This document shows positions 8,651-19,648 of a DNA stretch of 64,000 nucleotides, one piece after another; positions within the stretch are counted from its first letter, which is position 1; each line of letters opens with the position of its first letter. The notes under the pieces are model-generated. The model saw only the letters and a program-made list of their open reading frames with translations. It was not told where the DNA came from and made no database searches. Made by a program: the position numbers and the translations under genes. The stretch covers positions 1 to 64,000 of the forward strand of contig JBGANV010000013.1 of NCBI GenBank assembly GCA_044222185.1, in the 5' to 3' direction. The DNA comes from Planctomycetota bacterium (GTDB lineage Bacteria; Planctomycetota; GCA-002687715; CAIWVZ01).

Positions 8651-10123
8651 TCATCGGCCCATCACAGCACTTCCAGTCGGCGGCGGACCACTCATTCCAC
8701 CGCGTCCCCCCGTCGGCCCCCCAGACCGTTGCGTCGGCATGGTACCGCGAACCGCCATCCGCCCAGGGGTCAATGTTTCGACGTCTAACGCCGACCACGT
8801 CTCGATTGCAGCAAGCGCCTTTTCGCGCTCCGCTTTCACCTGCGACAGAGTGAGCCGCGCGTCGAGGAGTGTGCGCTGGGCATCAAGTATCTCCAGAAAA
8901 CCCGTGCGATTCGCGGCGTACGACGTAAGCGCAATCGACACGGTTTGCTCTGACCGTGGAACGACCGTTCCCTCGAACAGCGTGATCTGGCGCTCGTCGT
9001 TCCGCAGGACCGCGAGGTTGAGAACAAAGCTCGCCGCCAAGTCGTACGCGTATTGTCGGCGCGCCAATTCCGCCGCATTCAGATTCGCTCGTGCTTGGTC
9101 GACAGCGCCCTGAATGGCCGCGAGGCGCGTCGGGAGGATAATCATGCCGCCGAGGGTCTGTGTGACCGTCCCGAGCAGGTTGAACGACAAGGAGAAGTCT
9201 GGAAGGTCACCCTGCTGCGCGAGATCGACCGAACGCACGCGACCTGCGACATCGCGCGCAAGGGCCGAGAGTTCGGGACTGCGCTCAGACCCAAGTCGGA
9301 TGAGCTCCGCGTCTTCGACGGATAGCAGCCGAGGCTTAGGCATCGCCGAGGGCAGCGCCACGGGCGCGTCTGGCGACCTCCCCAGGAGGGCATTCATCTT
9401 GGCGATAAGCCCCGCCGCCTGCGCACGCTGGGTCGCAAGCGTGTTCTGGGCGAGATCCAAATCGGTCTGCGCGCGGAGCAGTTCCTGTTGGCCCGCACTG
9501 CCGTTCTGCACGCGAGCGGAAGTCTGGGCGACGATTTGCCGCATCAGCGCGACGCCCTCTGCACCGATTCGGATCGTTTCGCCGAGGAGTGCAAGATCCA
9601 CGTATGTCGCGAGCACCCGTCCTTGCAACTGGAACTTCGCAGCCTCGAATCGCAGCCCTGCGGCGCGGGCCGCCTCAAGCGCGATTTCGCCCGCCGCCGC
9701 GACCTTCGACGGGAACGGAATGTTGGTCATCGGGTCGTTCGTGATCCCGAGAGTCGTCCGGTCCCACGCCTTCACGTTTTCCGAACTGAACATGTAGGAG
9801 AACGGCACGGCGGCATTCGGAAAGCTCGATGACTGCGGGACCTGCTCAATGGCCGAGCGCCACTCCCAGTAGCGGGACTGGAGTTCAGCGTTCGAGAGAA
9901 GCGCATATCGGAGGTAGACATCCGGCTCCGGGTCTCCAGATAGGTCCGGCAGCGCGGCTTCTTCCATCAGCGTCCTGCCGGCCTCTTCCGCGCGGGCACG
10001 CTCATCGTCCTCTCCCATCGGCCGGATCGCACAGCCGGCGAACTGGGCAAGCAGCGTGATGGCGAGCGACGCGAAAAAGCGCGTGCGGCCGCCGCACTGG
10101 GTCATGACACTCATCGCATGCAT
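8651..10123 (-). CDS. TolC/CusC-type outer membrane factor (lipoprotein)
   Basis: FAGC lipobox, OEP repeats, directly downstream of the RND pump. Confidence 0.88.
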   Translation of the reverse strand: MHAMSVMTQCGGRTRFFASLAITLLAQFAGCAIRPMGEDDERARAEEAGRTLMEEAALPDLSGDPEPDVYLRYALLSNAELQSRYWEWRSAIEQVPQSSSFPNAAVPFSYMFSSENVKAWDRTTLGITNDPMTNIPFPSKVAAAGEIALEAARAAGLRFEAAKFQLQGRVLATYVDLALLGETIRIGAEGVALMRQIVAQTSARVQNGSAGQQELLRAQTDLDLAQNTLATQRAQAAGLIAKMNALLGRSPDAPVALPSAMPKPRLLSVEDAELIRLGSERSPELSALARDVAGRVRSVDLAQQGDLPDFSLSFNLLGTVTQTLGGMIILPTRLAAIQGAVDQARANLNAAELARRQYAYDLAASFVLNLAVLRNDERQITLFEGTVVPRSEQTVSIALTSYAANRTGFLEILDAQRTLLDARLTLSQVKAEREKALAAIETWSALDVETLTPGRMAVRGTMPTQRSGGPTGGRGGMSGPPPTGSAVMGR

Positions 10124-10138
10124 GAGATCGCCTCCGGG

Positions 10139-13100
10139 TCAATGTCCCCTCAGCACGGGGATCGCAAGCTGCGCCGGCTCGACAGTCCCCCTCTTCATCT
10201 CGAAGCGCCACTTCCAAACGGCGTAGATCGCTGGATACACCATGAGTTCGAGCAAGAAGCTCGTGATGAGCCCGCCCATGAGAGGTGCGGCTACGCGCTT
10301 CATCATGTCGGCGCCGGTCTCTTGCGACCACATGATCGGAAGCAGGCCGATGAATGCGCACGCAACCGTCATCAGCTTGGGGCGGACGCGCTTCACGGCG
10401 CCGTGGACGATGGCTTCCGTGAGATCCTTGAAACTCCGCATCTTCCCTTCTCTGACGGCCTCTGCATACGCCAGGTCGAGGAACAGAAGCATGAACACGC
10501 CGGTCTCGGCGTCGAGCCCCATCAGCGCGATGATTCCCACTCCGACCGCGATGGACATCTGGTAGCCGAGGATCTTCAGGAGCCAGAGTGCTCCAATCGC
10601 CGAAAATGGAACCGCAAGCATCACGATCCCAGCCTTCACGAGTGACTTCGTGTTCATGTAGAGGATGACGAAGATCAGAAAGAGGGTGATAGGCACGACG
10701 ATCGTCATCCGCTCCTTGACTCGCAGCATGTTCTCGTATTGGCCGCTCCAGGCGAGTGAGTAGCCGCTGGGAACATCGAGACTGCGGTTGACGGATTCCT
10801 TCGCCCGCGCGACGTAGCCACCGATGTCGCTCGCCGCCGTGTCCACGTACACGTAGCCGACGAGAAGGCCGTTCTCGTCGCGAAGCATCGCCGGCCCTTC
10901 GACGAGCTTGATGTCCGCGAGTTCGCCGAGTGGAATCTGTGCTCCTGACATGGTTGGGACGAGGACCCGGTTCAACTCTGGGATGTCGTCCCGGAGCTCG
11001 CGCGCATAGCGAACGCTGACCGTGTACCGCTCGCGTCCCTCCACCGTCGTCGTGACCGGCTCGCCGCCGATCGAAGACATGATGACCATCTCCGCCTCTT
11101 GCACGGTGATTCCGTACCGCGCAAGTCGATCTCGCTTCAGTTCGAAGTCAAGGAAGTACCCGCCCCCTGTCCGCTCAGCGAAAACGCTACGGGTCCCTGG
11201 AACATCCTTGAGGATCGTCTCGATCCGGATCCCAATATCCTCGATCGTCTTGACATCGGCACCAAAGACCTTGATGCCAATTGGGGTCCGGACTCCGGTC
11301 GTGAGCATGTCGATCCGTGTCTTGATCGGCATCGTCCATGCGTTTGTCACGCCGGGAAATTGCATCTTCGAATTGATCTCGGCGATCAACTCGTCCTTGT
11401 CAATGTGCTCCGGCCAGATGTGCCCAAGGGGCGCACGAACCCAGGCAGGTAGCTCCGAATGCCACCGGCGCTTGCTGCGCCACTCCGAGGGTGGCCGCAG
11501 CAAGATCGTCGTTTCCATCATCGAGAACGGAGCAGGGTCGGTTGACGTCTCGGCTCGTCCGGCCTTGCCGAACACCCGCTTGACCTCAGGTACCGTCATC
11601 AAGACCTGGTCCATCCGAGCCATGAGATCCTGCGCGGCCGTCACCGAGAGCCCCGGAAAGGTCGTGGGCATGTAGAGCATGTCGCCCTCCCACAAGGGAG
11701 GCATGAACTCGGAGCCGAGCTTTTCGAACGCACTCGATCGCGAAGAAAGGAACGGCAGGTCGACGACGAGCGGCACCGCCGTGAGTGTGAGGATCACTGC
11801 AATTCCGATCGTCAGGGCCCGATGCTTGATGACGAATCGGCACGGCTTTTCATAGAGCGCAAAGAGCAGGCGGCTGATCGGATGCCGTTCCTCCGCGTAG
11901 TACCGGCCCGCCGTGACCTGGTTGTAGATCCATGCAAGCGGTCGCGGTCTGAAGCGCAACCAATCCATGCGCGTGAAGAGCATTCGAATCGCCGGATCCA
12001 GCGTGATCGCAAGGATCGCGGCCATCGCCATCGTCAGGTTCTTCGTCAGCGCAAGCGGTTTGAAGAGCCGGCCCTCCTGCTCTTCGAGCGCGAAGATGGG
12101 CATGAACCCAACGGCAATCACCAAGAGCGAGAAGAAGACAGAAGGCCCAACCTCCTTGAGCGCGCGCAGACGGACCTCGTGGTAGTCGCCGATGCGCCCC
12201 CCCGCATCCCAAAGCTGGAGCTTCTTGTAGGCGTTTTCAACCTCCACGATCGCGCCGTCGACGAGGATCCCGATCGAGATTGTGATCCCCGAGATGGACA
12301 TGATGTTTGAGGAGACGCCCATCAGGTACATCGGGATGAACGCCAGGATCACCGAGATCGGGATCGTGATGATCGGAACGATGGCTGACGGTATGTGCCA
12401 GAGGAAGATCAAGATCACGATGCTGACGACGATGAGGGCCTGAATCAGTTCGCTTGTAAGTGTGTCGATGGAGCTTCGAATGAGCTCCGAGCGGTCGTAT
12501 GTCGTGACGAGTTCGACCCCCGGCGGAAGCGAACCCTTCACGGATTCGAGTTTCTCCCGGATGCGGTCAATGACAGCCAGCGCGTTCTCCCCGTGGCGCA
12601 TCACGACGATCCCGCCGACGGTGTCGCCGATGCCGTCGAGGTCGGCAATCCCACGCCGGATCTCCGGGCCGAGGGTCACGCGAGCGATGTTGCGGACGAG
12701 AATCGGTGTCCCGTTCGAGTCCGTCGCGACGGCGATGCCCTCAATGTCCCCAACAGACTTGGCGTAACCGCGGCCGCGCACCATGTACTCTGCGCCGCTG
12801 AACTCGACGAGGCGGCCGCCGACATCGTTGTTGCCCTTGCGGATCGCATCTACGACTGCCGGGAGCGAAACGTTGTGAGCGAGGAGGGCCGTCGGGTCGA
12901 CGCTGATCTGATACTGCTTCTGGAATCCGCCAATCGATGCGACCTCTGCAACGCCCGGCACGGACTGAATCCAGTAGCGAAGGTACCAGTCCTGGAACGT
13001 GCGGAGCTCCGCGAGACTCTGCCGGCCGGTCCGATCTACAAGTGCGTATTGGTAGACCCACCCAACCGCACTTGCATCGGGTCCAAGCTCAGTCTTCACT

Positions 13101-13468
13101 CCCTCCGGAAGTCGCGGCGTGATCTTGCTCAAGTACTCGAGCGTGCGGCTGCGCGCCCAGTAGAGGTCCGTCCCGTCCTGGAAGATCACGTAGACGTACG
13201 AGAACCCGAAGTCCGAAAACCCCCGGATCGCTTTCACCCTCGGCGCACCCAACAGCGCGGTCACGATTGGGTAGGTGACCTGATCTTCGATGATGTCCGG
13301 GCTGCGGTCCCACCTCGAGTAGATGATCACCTGCGTGTCGGACAGATCGGGGATCGCGTCGAGCGGAACGTGGGCCACACAGTAGATCCCGATTGCGACA
13401 CCGACGGCCGCGAGAATGAGCACGAGGAACTTGTTGTGCGCGCAAAATCCGATGATCCGTTCGATCAT
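10139..13468 (-). CDS. cusA: CusA/SilA-type heavy-metal RND permease
   Basis: PLDAIPDLSDTQVII, EDQVTYP, GSEFMPPLWEG, DPAPFSMMET and RVRPKLMT motifs; 1109 aa. Confidence 0.95.
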   Translation of the reverse strand: MIERIIGFCAHNKFLVLILAAVGVAIGIYCVAHVPLDAIPDLSDTQVIIYSRWDRSPDIIEDQVTYPIVTALLGAPRVKAIRGFSDFGFSYVYVIFQDGTDLYWARSRTLEYLSKITPRLPEGVKTELGPDASAVGWVYQYALVDRTGRQSLAELRTFQDWYLRYWIQSVPGVAEVASIGGFQKQYQISVDPTALLAHNVSLPAVVDAIRKGNNDVGGRLVEFSGAEYMVRGRGYAKSVGDIEGIAVATDSNGTPILVRNIARVTLGPEIRRGIADLDGIGDTVGGIVVMRHGENALAVIDRIREKLESVKGSLPPGVELVTTYDRSELIRSSIDTLTSELIQALIVVSIVILIFLWHIPSAIVPIITIPISVILAFIPMYLMGVSSNIMSISGITISIGILVDGAIVEVENAYKKLQLWDAGGRIGDYHEVRLRALKEVGPSVFFSLLVIAVGFMPIFALEEQEGRLFKPLALTKNLTMAMAAILAITLDPAIRMLFTRMDWLRFRPRPLAWIYNQVTAGRYYAEERHPISRLLFALYEKPCRFVIKHRALTIGIAVILTLTAVPLVVDLPFLSSRSSAFEKLGSEFMPPLWEGDMLYMPTTFPGLSVTAAQDLMARMDQVLMTVPEVKRVFGKAGRAETSTDPAPFSMMETTILLRPPSEWRSKRRWHSELPAWVRAPLGHIWPEHIDKDELIAEINSKMQFPGVTNAWTMPIKTRIDMLTTGVRTPIGIKVFGADVKTIEDIGIRIETILKDVPGTRSVFAERTGGGYFLDFELKRDRLARYGITVQEAEMVIMSSIGGEPVTTTVEGRERYTVSVRYARELRDDIPELNRVLVPTMSGAQIPLGELADIKLVEGPAMLRDENGLLVGYVYVDTAASDIGGYVARAKESVNRSLDVPSGYSLAWSGQYENMLRVKERMTIVVPITLFLIFVILYMNTKSLVKAGIVMLAVPFSAIGALWLLKILGYQMSIAVGVGIIALMGLDAETGVFMLLFLDLAYAEAVREGKMRSFKDLTEAIVHGAVKRVRPKLMTVACAFIGLLPIMWSQETGADMMKRVAAPLMGGLITSFLLELMVYPAIYAVWKWRFEMKRGTVEPAQLAIPVLRGH

Positions 13469-13505
13469 GCCATCGCTCCGCGGTCCGGCTCTACCCGTCG
13501 AGTCG

Positions 13506-14999
13506 TCATCGACCTTGTCCTCCGTGCCCCTCGTGCCCGCCCGCTTCCTTCGCTCCCGAGCCTCCTCCCGATATGAGCGCCGCCTTCAGTCTGCTCTCGG
13601 AATCAATCAGGAACGTCGCGGTCGTCACAACGCTCTCGCCCTCGACAAGCCCAGATTTCACGACCCGACGTCCGCCGATGGCTGCCCCGAGCGTCAGCTC
13701 TCTGGGTTCGAAGCGGCCATTCCCTGTGTCGACGAATGCAATCTGGCGCGTGCCGCTGTCGAGAATGGCGCCGTCGTCGACGATGAGCTGTTCACCAAGG
13801 TCGACGGCGATCATTACGTTTCCGTAGGTACCGGGACGCAAGACGCCACCCGGGTTTGGGACTTCGATCCTCGCTCGCACCGTCCGCGTGGATTCGTTCA
13901 GGTAGGGGTACACGTAGCTCACCGTTCCCGAGAATTGATTCTCAGGTGACGTCGCAAGTGTCACGACAGCGGATTGCCCTACCGCAACTTCCGCCACCTC
14001 GTTCTGGTAGATGTCCGCGAGCACCCAGACCGTCGAGAGTTCCGCAGTCTCAAAGAGATTCGTGCCAGGCTGTATGGCGGCACCCTTCACCACGTTTCGG
14101 CGCGTAACGACTCCGTCGACTTTCGACGTGATCGTGACCCTCGTTTCGGGCTTCTTTGTGGCTGAGAGCGCGTCAATTTGTTCGGGCGTGAAGTCCCAAA
14201 GCAGGAGACGCTCACGTGCACTCTGTAGACTCTCTCGCGCGAACGACGTGTCACGCTCGCCACCCGACGCTCCCGCAAGCGCGACGATGAAGCTCCGCTC
14301 GGCCTCGAGAACTTCGGGGCTATAAACGATCATCACTGGATCGCCCTTTCGAACCGACTGACCCGTCGACTTGACGTACAAGTCTTCGACCCATCCTCCG
14401 AACTTGAGGTTTACGGCCGCGAGTCGCGTTTCGTCGTAATCGATTCGCCCGACGACGCGCAGCGATTTCGACACTCGCGTCCGTTCAACCCTGCCGAACC
14501 TGACACCGATGAGCTGCTGGCGATCAGGATGGATTGTCGTGATGGCGTGGCCTGGCACTGAGGATGGCGCGGGTACCTCGCCCTCCTGCATCGGCACGAG
14601 TGTCATGTTGCAGATGGGACACTCACCCGGACGATCGGACTGGTAGCTCGGGTGCATGGGGCAGTAGTAGCGGATCGGGTGGCCTACGCCCGGACGCGTT
14701 TCCTGCGCGCTGTGACCCGCTGCTTGGGACGCCGCTGGCACGTCGTGCCCGGCATGGCTCGCTCCCGTCTCCATCGGCAGACTCCGGGAAGCCGGAACAA
14801 GATCCATTCCACACTTGGGACATCGGCCGGGGCGGTCGGATTGCACCTCAGCATCCTCCGGCATGGGGCATACGTAGATCGTGCTTGTGTGTGTCCACGG
14901 CGGGAGCCGCACGAGTCCTCCCGGCACGATGAAGTGTGCGCCGATCGCGAGGACGAAGATGATGCCAAGCAGCTTGAGAAGGGCGGACAGGATCTTCAT
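13506..14999 (-). CDS. cusB: CusB-type periplasmic adaptor with two heavy-metal-binding (CPM..CPxCxM) domains
   Basis: YVCPMP..GRCPKCGMDL, YYCPMHP..GECPICNMTL and FLIDSESRL. Confidence 0.92.
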   Translation of the reverse strand: MKILSALLKLLGIIFVLAIGAHFIVPGGLVRLPPWTHTSTIYVCPMPEDAEVQSDRPGRCPKCGMDLVPASRSLPMETGASHAGHDVPAASQAAGHSAQETRPGVGHPIRYYCPMHPSYQSDRPGECPICNMTLVPMQEGEVPAPSSVPGHAITTIHPDRQQLIGVRFGRVERTRVSKSLRVVGRIDYDETRLAAVNLKFGGWVEDLYVKSTGQSVRKGDPVMIVYSPEVLEAERSFIVALAGASGGERDTSFARESLQSARERLLLWDFTPEQIDALSATKKPETRVTITSKVDGVVTRRNVVKGAAIQPGTNLFETAELSTVWVLADIYQNEVAEVAVGQSAVVTLATSPENQFSGTVSYVYPYLNESTRTVRARIEVPNPGGVLRPGTYGNVMIAVDLGEQLIVDDGAILDSGTRQIAFVDTGNGRFEPRELTLGAAIGGRRVVKSGLVEGESVVTTATFLIDSESRLKAALISGGGSGAKEAGGHEGHGGQGR

Positions 15000-15057
15000 G
15001 GCGTTCCTTCGTGTGACTCGCACTCGACCGCTCCGGGGCGTTGTCGGGCCTCGGCGA

Positions 15058-15588
15058 TCATGACGACTCCTCAGCCCCGGATGGATGTGGGCTCTTCATG
15101 AGCCCAAGCATGGATTCCGCGTTGCATCCGTCTGCATACGACGGACCGTTGACGACGAATGACGAGTGATCTGGGTTGAATCCGATCTGCGCGCCCTCAC
15201 CGCGTCCCTTCGAGATTGCGATCCGAGTGATCGCCCCATACGGCACGAGATCTTTTCGCACCGCCCGCGTCGTCGTGCCGCCGGGGTCATCGTATATGGC
15301 AAGCGCCAGCCACGTGGACGCAAGCCCGATGACGTGGCACACGTCCAGGACCTCGCCATTGGAAAGATAGACCCGTACAATCGGCATCGCATCCTTCGGT
15401 TCCGGACACCGGTCACGAATGAGGCCGCGCGGCTGCGTGCTGAAGAATGCGGGACCGAATGACATCCCGCGTTCGACCGCGGCACTTCGATGCGCCCCTC
15501 GACGTAAGGCGGGGGCGCGCCTCGTCCGCGCGTACTTGCCGCAGTCTGTGGACATTCGCCGTTTCGATTTCGCCTTGTTTCGGTTCAT
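15058..15588 (-). CDS. Hypothetical protein (start may be 15387)
   Basis: ATGA overlap with the upstream protease; globular C-terminal half. Confidence 0.55.
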   Translation of the reverse strand: MNRNKAKSKRRMSTDCGKYARTRRAPALRRGAHRSAAVERGMSFGPAFFSTQPRGLIRDRCPEPKDAMPIVRVYLSNGEVLDVCHVIGLASTWLALAIYDDPGGTTTRAVRKDLVPYGAITRIAISKGRGEGAQIGFNPDHSSFVVNGPSYADGCNAESMLGLMKSPHPSGAEESS

Positions 15589-16946
15589 GACTCTGGCTTG
15601 ATGACTGCGAACAGGTGGCGCGTCCTTCTTCGGACCTGCAAGAGGAGCGCGTGATGGCCGCGCAGAAACGGCTCCGACGCCGACTTAAAGTCTTCAAGCG
15701 TCGCCACGATCCGGCCGTCGGTCTCGACGATGACGTCACCCGGTTCGAGCTTCGCCCGCTCCGCGGCTCCGCCGGGCTCCACATCGAGGATCACGGCGCC
15801 CGGACGCGCATCGACCGTTTCGCCAACGCTCATGCCCAGGGGGGAGGTGAGGTTGGAATGGGAGGCGGCCTTCATCCGCTCGCGCGGAACAACCGCGATC
15901 GCCACGTCCCGCGCTCCCTTGGCGTTCGCCACGCGAGCGACGACATCCAAGCCGGGCCGAAGCCGCGCGATTATCGCGCGATCCGTTCCGTCGGATGGGA
16001 CATCGTCGCCGCCGAGCGCGATGAGCACATCACGCGGCCGTAGCCCGGCTGCGGCCGCCGGACCTCCGTCGCGAACGTCGGTGATCAGCGCCCCGATCGA
16101 AATCGGTAGACCGAGAGCCTGGGCGAGATCTGCCTCCAACGGCTGCGTCTCCACTCCGATCGAGCCCCGCACGACGTGGCCGGCGGCGCGGAGGGACCTC
16201 ACGATGTCGAGCGCAAGGTCGATCGGAATCGCGAATCCGAGTCCCTCCGAGTGGACGATGGCCGACGTCACGCCAACGACCCGACCTTCCGAATCGAGCA
16301 GTGCTCCGCCGCTGTTGCCCGGATGAAGTCCGGCATTCGTTTGGATGAACGGCACGTCCACCTCCCCGGGAAAGGTCCGCCCAAGGTATGTCACGATTCC
16401 CTGCGCCAGCGTTCCCCCGAGCCCAAGCGGAGATCCGATTGCGGACACGGGATCGCCCACGCGAAGGTTTCGCGTGCTTCCAAGGGGCGCGCACGGAACA
16501 CGCGGCGCATCGAGGACTCGAACGAGCGCGATGTCTGTATCGGGGTCGCTGCCGCGCAACTCCACCGGACGCCGCTTACCGTCTCCAAAGTCAGCCTCGA
16601 TCAGTACGCCGTCTTCGACGACATGGTGATTCGTGAGAGAGAATCCATCGTCGTCGATGAGGAACCCAGATCCCAAGACGCGAATCTTGCATCCATGGCC
16701 GGGAAGCGGCCCAAAGAGATCGTCCCGCGTTGTGGGGTGGAACGGACACGGGTGGCGCTGAGCCACAACGTGCAGCGTGAAGGACGCCCGTCGCGCCAAT
16801 TCGAGCCGGTCACCGCCGGCCAGGGGTCCAGCGACTGTCTCCGACGCCGGCTGAAACGCGCTGCAGCCGAGCACGACGCATGTGGCGAACGTCCAGAGTG
16901 GGAGGCCCAACCCCGAGAAGACCCCGTAGCCGTTGGCGGGTTTCAT
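15585..16946 (-). CDS. HtrA/DegP-family serine protease with two PDZ domains
   Basis: LGSGFLI, TNHHVV, TDIAL and PGNSGG catalytic triad motifs. Confidence 0.92.
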   Translation of the reverse strand: MKPANGYGVFSGLGLPLWTFATCVVLGCSAFQPASETVAGPLAGGDRLELARRASFTLHVVAQRHPCPFHPTTRDDLFGPLPGHGCKIRVLGSGFLIDDDGFSLTNHHVVEDGVLIEADFGDGKRRPVELRGSDPDTDIALVRVLDAPRVPCAPLGSTRNLRVGDPVSAIGSPLGLGGTLAQGIVTYLGRTFPGEVDVPFIQTNAGLHPGNSGGALLDSEGRVVGVTSAIVHSEGLGFAIPIDLALDIVRSLRAAGHVVRGSIGVETQPLEADLAQALGLPISIGALITDVRDGGPAAAAGLRPRDVLIALGGDDVPSDGTDRAIIARLRPGLDVVARVANAKGARDVAIAVVPRERMKAASHSNLTSPLGMSVGETVDARPGAVILDVEPGGAAERAKLEPGDVIVETDGRIVATLEDFKSASEPFLRGHHALLLQVRRRTRHLFAVIKPES

Positions 16947-17932
16947 CGCGTCCGAGCCTTCCCGTACCCGCGCGAGATCTTCGCATCGAGGATCAACCGG
17001 TGGAGTGTGTGGTTGTCCTTGTTCTCGGGATCGAGTTCACACGCCTTTTCGCAGTACTCATCTGCGTTAGGAAGCGCGCGTCGCTCAACGAAGAGCGTGC
17101 CGATGGCGAGGTAGGCGTTCACGAGCGTTTGGCGGATGCTCTCCCGCTGCTTCTGGAATCGATCCGTGAGTTCAGTGTCCCCGGTGGCCCCCGCCAGGTC
17201 CTTGATCACCTTCCATGCCGACTCGAGTTGGACGATCTGGTTCTCGATCCGACGTTGGGCGCGAAGGCCGCCGTGTGGCGAAGGCTCGCCCCCGACTCTC
17301 TCGGCACTCTGCAGATGCTCGGCGGCCTTCTTCATCGCTGCCTCGAGATCCTTGGAAGCGATGACCTTCGTTCCCGGATGAGCCGATGCTTCCTTCGCCG
17401 CAATCTCGACCACGAGGGCCTGGGCGTCCCGCGCCGCAGGAGTGTCGGAGTACTTCGAGCCGATCGTGTGCAACAGAAGCCGCGCGGCGGCCAGGCGCCC
17501 GTCCCCCACCGCGTCCTTCGCGTCGTCGAGGAGATCGGCGGCAAGTCCGTTCCTCACCTCACGGGTTCCGGCGTCCATCTGCGGCTTGAGCGTTGGGTCG
17601 AGCCGCGCAGCTTCGGCGTATTCCGCGATGGCCTGTGCAGGAAGCCCGATCTCGCGAGCGAAGACCGCGAGCTTGGCGTGTGCCTTCGCATCGGCGGCAT
17701 CAGACCTCGCTGCCATGATCGTGTAATGCGAGAGTGGTGCGAGATCTGATCTCGCGACGCTTCGCGTCGTCGGATCCAGGGAGTTGGATTCGATCGTGAC
17801 GTCTCGATCCGAGACGTTCGTGACCCGACCTATCACGACTTCACCCGAGCGAAGTTCGATCGACTGGATTTGGCCGAGCGATCCAGTCGAGAGGGCCGCG
17901 CCCATCACGACGATGAGTAATGCAGACTTCAT
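16943..17932 (-). CDS. Secreted TPR-like helical protein
   Basis: Signal peptide; TPR-like AEAARLDP and KACELDPEN; ATGA-coupled to the protease. Confidence 0.75.
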   Translation of the reverse strand: MKSALLIVVMGAALSTGSLGQIQSIELRSGEVVIGRVTNVSDRDVTIESNSLDPTTRSVARSDLAPLSHYTIMAARSDAADAKAHAKLAVFAREIGLPAQAIAEYAEAARLDPTLKPQMDAGTREVRNGLAADLLDDAKDAVGDGRLAAARLLLHTIGSKYSDTPAARDAQALVVEIAAKEASAHPGTKVIASKDLEAAMKKAAEHLQSAERVGGEPSPHGGLRAQRRIENQIVQLESAWKVIKDLAGATGDTELTDRFQKQRESIRQTLVNAYLAIGTLFVERRALPNADEYCEKACELDPENKDNHTLHRLILDAKISRGYGKARTR

Positions 17933-18128
17933 GAAATGCCTCCTGGAACATGCAGTTCCGGAATGCCACGCGAACCCGAGATGTTCGTGCCCTTCGATTG
18001 CCTCGATCCAGAGACCCGGATCGGAATCCGCGCGTGCTTGTGTTCAAGAGCACGCTGCCACAACGCCGGCCGAAGGTCGGAGCCGGCGTTTCCTGTCGAT
18101 CACGATCACGCGGATCGAAGCACGATCA

Positions 18129-18830
18129 TCAGTGGTGGTGGGAGTCGTGTCCCTGCGGGTCGTGCCCGTCGTGCCCGGGCTTCTTCTCGTCCGCCGGCAG
18201 CGGCGGAACGATTTTTCCTGCGGCGAGGTCCCTGGCTCTCTCAAGCATCTGCTTGGGGGCCTTGCGCACGTCATCGACCGCCTTCAGCGACGAGAGGCAC
18301 ACGAGCTCATCGCCGATCAGAACCATGCAGTTTGCATCTACCGGCTTCCCGGTGACCGGGCAGGTCTTGTTGTCTACGAACTTCGCCTTCGGATTCAGCA
18401 GCCTCGCGAGAACGAGCTGCGAATTCGCGCGCGCTTCCTTGACGCACTCTTTGCTTCCGACCTTGAACTCGTAGCCCTGAAGTTTGATCGTCTGCGCCTT
18501 GGCGTCGATTGCGGCACCCGTGACCGGGCAGGTCTTGTTTTCGATCTCCCTCGACTTCGGGTACGCGGACTTGTAGGCGCGCTCCGGATCGGCCTGGATC
18601 TTCTTCGCGCAACCGCCGCAGCAGTAGTAGATGCGGCCGTAGTCGGTGTCCACGAAGTTGGCGGAAACGGGGTTGCCCATGATCGGGCACTTCGCGTTCG
18701 GGTACGCAGGGACCGAAACGCTCGGGGCCGCGTCCGCTGGACCCGGTTTGGCCTTGCCGTCCTGTGCGACTGCGAACGCGATGGAGATCATGGACACGAG
18801 AACGACGTTGGTGAATCTGCTGAAGGACAT
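18129..18830 (-). CDS. Secreted YHS/TRASH-like repeat protein with a His-rich tail (copy 1)
   Basis: CPIMG..YYCCGGC, two CPVTG motifs, tail HDGHDPQGHDSHHH. Confidence 0.82.
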   Translation of the reverse strand: MSFSRFTNVVLVSMISIAFAVAQDGKAKPGPADAAPSVSVPAYPNAKCPIMGNPVSANFVDTDYGRIYYCCGGCAKKIQADPERAYKSAYPKSREIENKTCPVTGAAIDAKAQTIKLQGYEFKVGSKECVKEARANSQLVLARLLNPKAKFVDNKTCPVTGKPVDANCMVLIGDELVCLSSLKAVDDVRKAPKQMLERARDLAAGKIVPPLPADEKKPGHDGHDPQGHDSHHH

Positions 18831-18932
18831 GTGAGAACTCCGTCTTCGAGACCTTGGAAAGCGAGCTCGGGTCGATGTGACCCGGCACCAGGAATCGGAC
18901 CACCCGACAAACGCCGGGTGGGACGGAGCTGA

Positions 18933-19373
18933 TCAGATCTGCAAGGGCAGAGTGCGGCTACGCGAGGGTAGCGACAGCATCGCGAGTCCCGGCCGTGCCG
19001 GTGACCCCGATGCAGATTCTCGCGCGTGGACGATCAGCGATTCGACGGCGGGAGCGATAGCCGTGGCATCGAGCACTTTCGCGAGGCGAACAACCCCTGT
19101 CGCGCGGTCACTCGCTGGTCGGTCCGGCAACGAAATCCGGAAGCAGTGGCACGAACTCCCGTGCTCGTGATTCGCCAAGTGGGACTCGGTACCGGACCCG
19201 CGCTTCCGCTGACTCTCACGCTGCGCGGGTTGCACACCGGCTTCCTGACCCACGCAGCACCTACGTTCCGTGTGGCCGCGAAAAGCTCCGCAGAAGCAGA
19301 GCTGGAACGCCAGAGATCCCGGAAGCACGAGTCCAGGGATGACGGCCAGGATGACGATTCGGCGAAGTGCCAT
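18933..19373 (-). CDS. Cys/His-containing small membrane or secreted protein (DUF2946-like leader gene, copy 1)
   Basis: Hydrophobic N-terminus, LCFC, CC, HEHGSSCHC, C-terminal LPLQI. Confidence 0.55.
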   Translation of the reverse strand: MALRRIVILAVIPGLVLPGSLAFQLCFCGAFRGHTERRCCVGQEAGVQPAQRESQRKRGSGTESHLANHEHGSSCHCFRISLPDRPASDRATGVVRLAKVLDATAIAPAVESLIVHARESASGSPARPGLAMLSLPSRSRTLPLQI

Positions 19374-19648
19374 GACGCGCTCTGTGTCTCCTACGATCGG
19401 AGCGTCGGATCGCTTCGTTGGATTCTACTGGCGACGCGATTCTCGGCCCATCCCTCGCACTGGTTTTCGGCGTCTCGGACTCCGATGTGACTCCGCGTAC
19501 GACGCTGTCCGTACAGTGCCCCTACGCACGCGTTCGAAGCCGGTCGATCGGAATCGTTGGCTGCTCGGGTCCTCGAACGCGACGTGCTCGCCGAGCCGAA
19601 CTGCGAAAACGGCGCGACGTCAGACGGCGTCCATCCAGCGCTCCTGAA

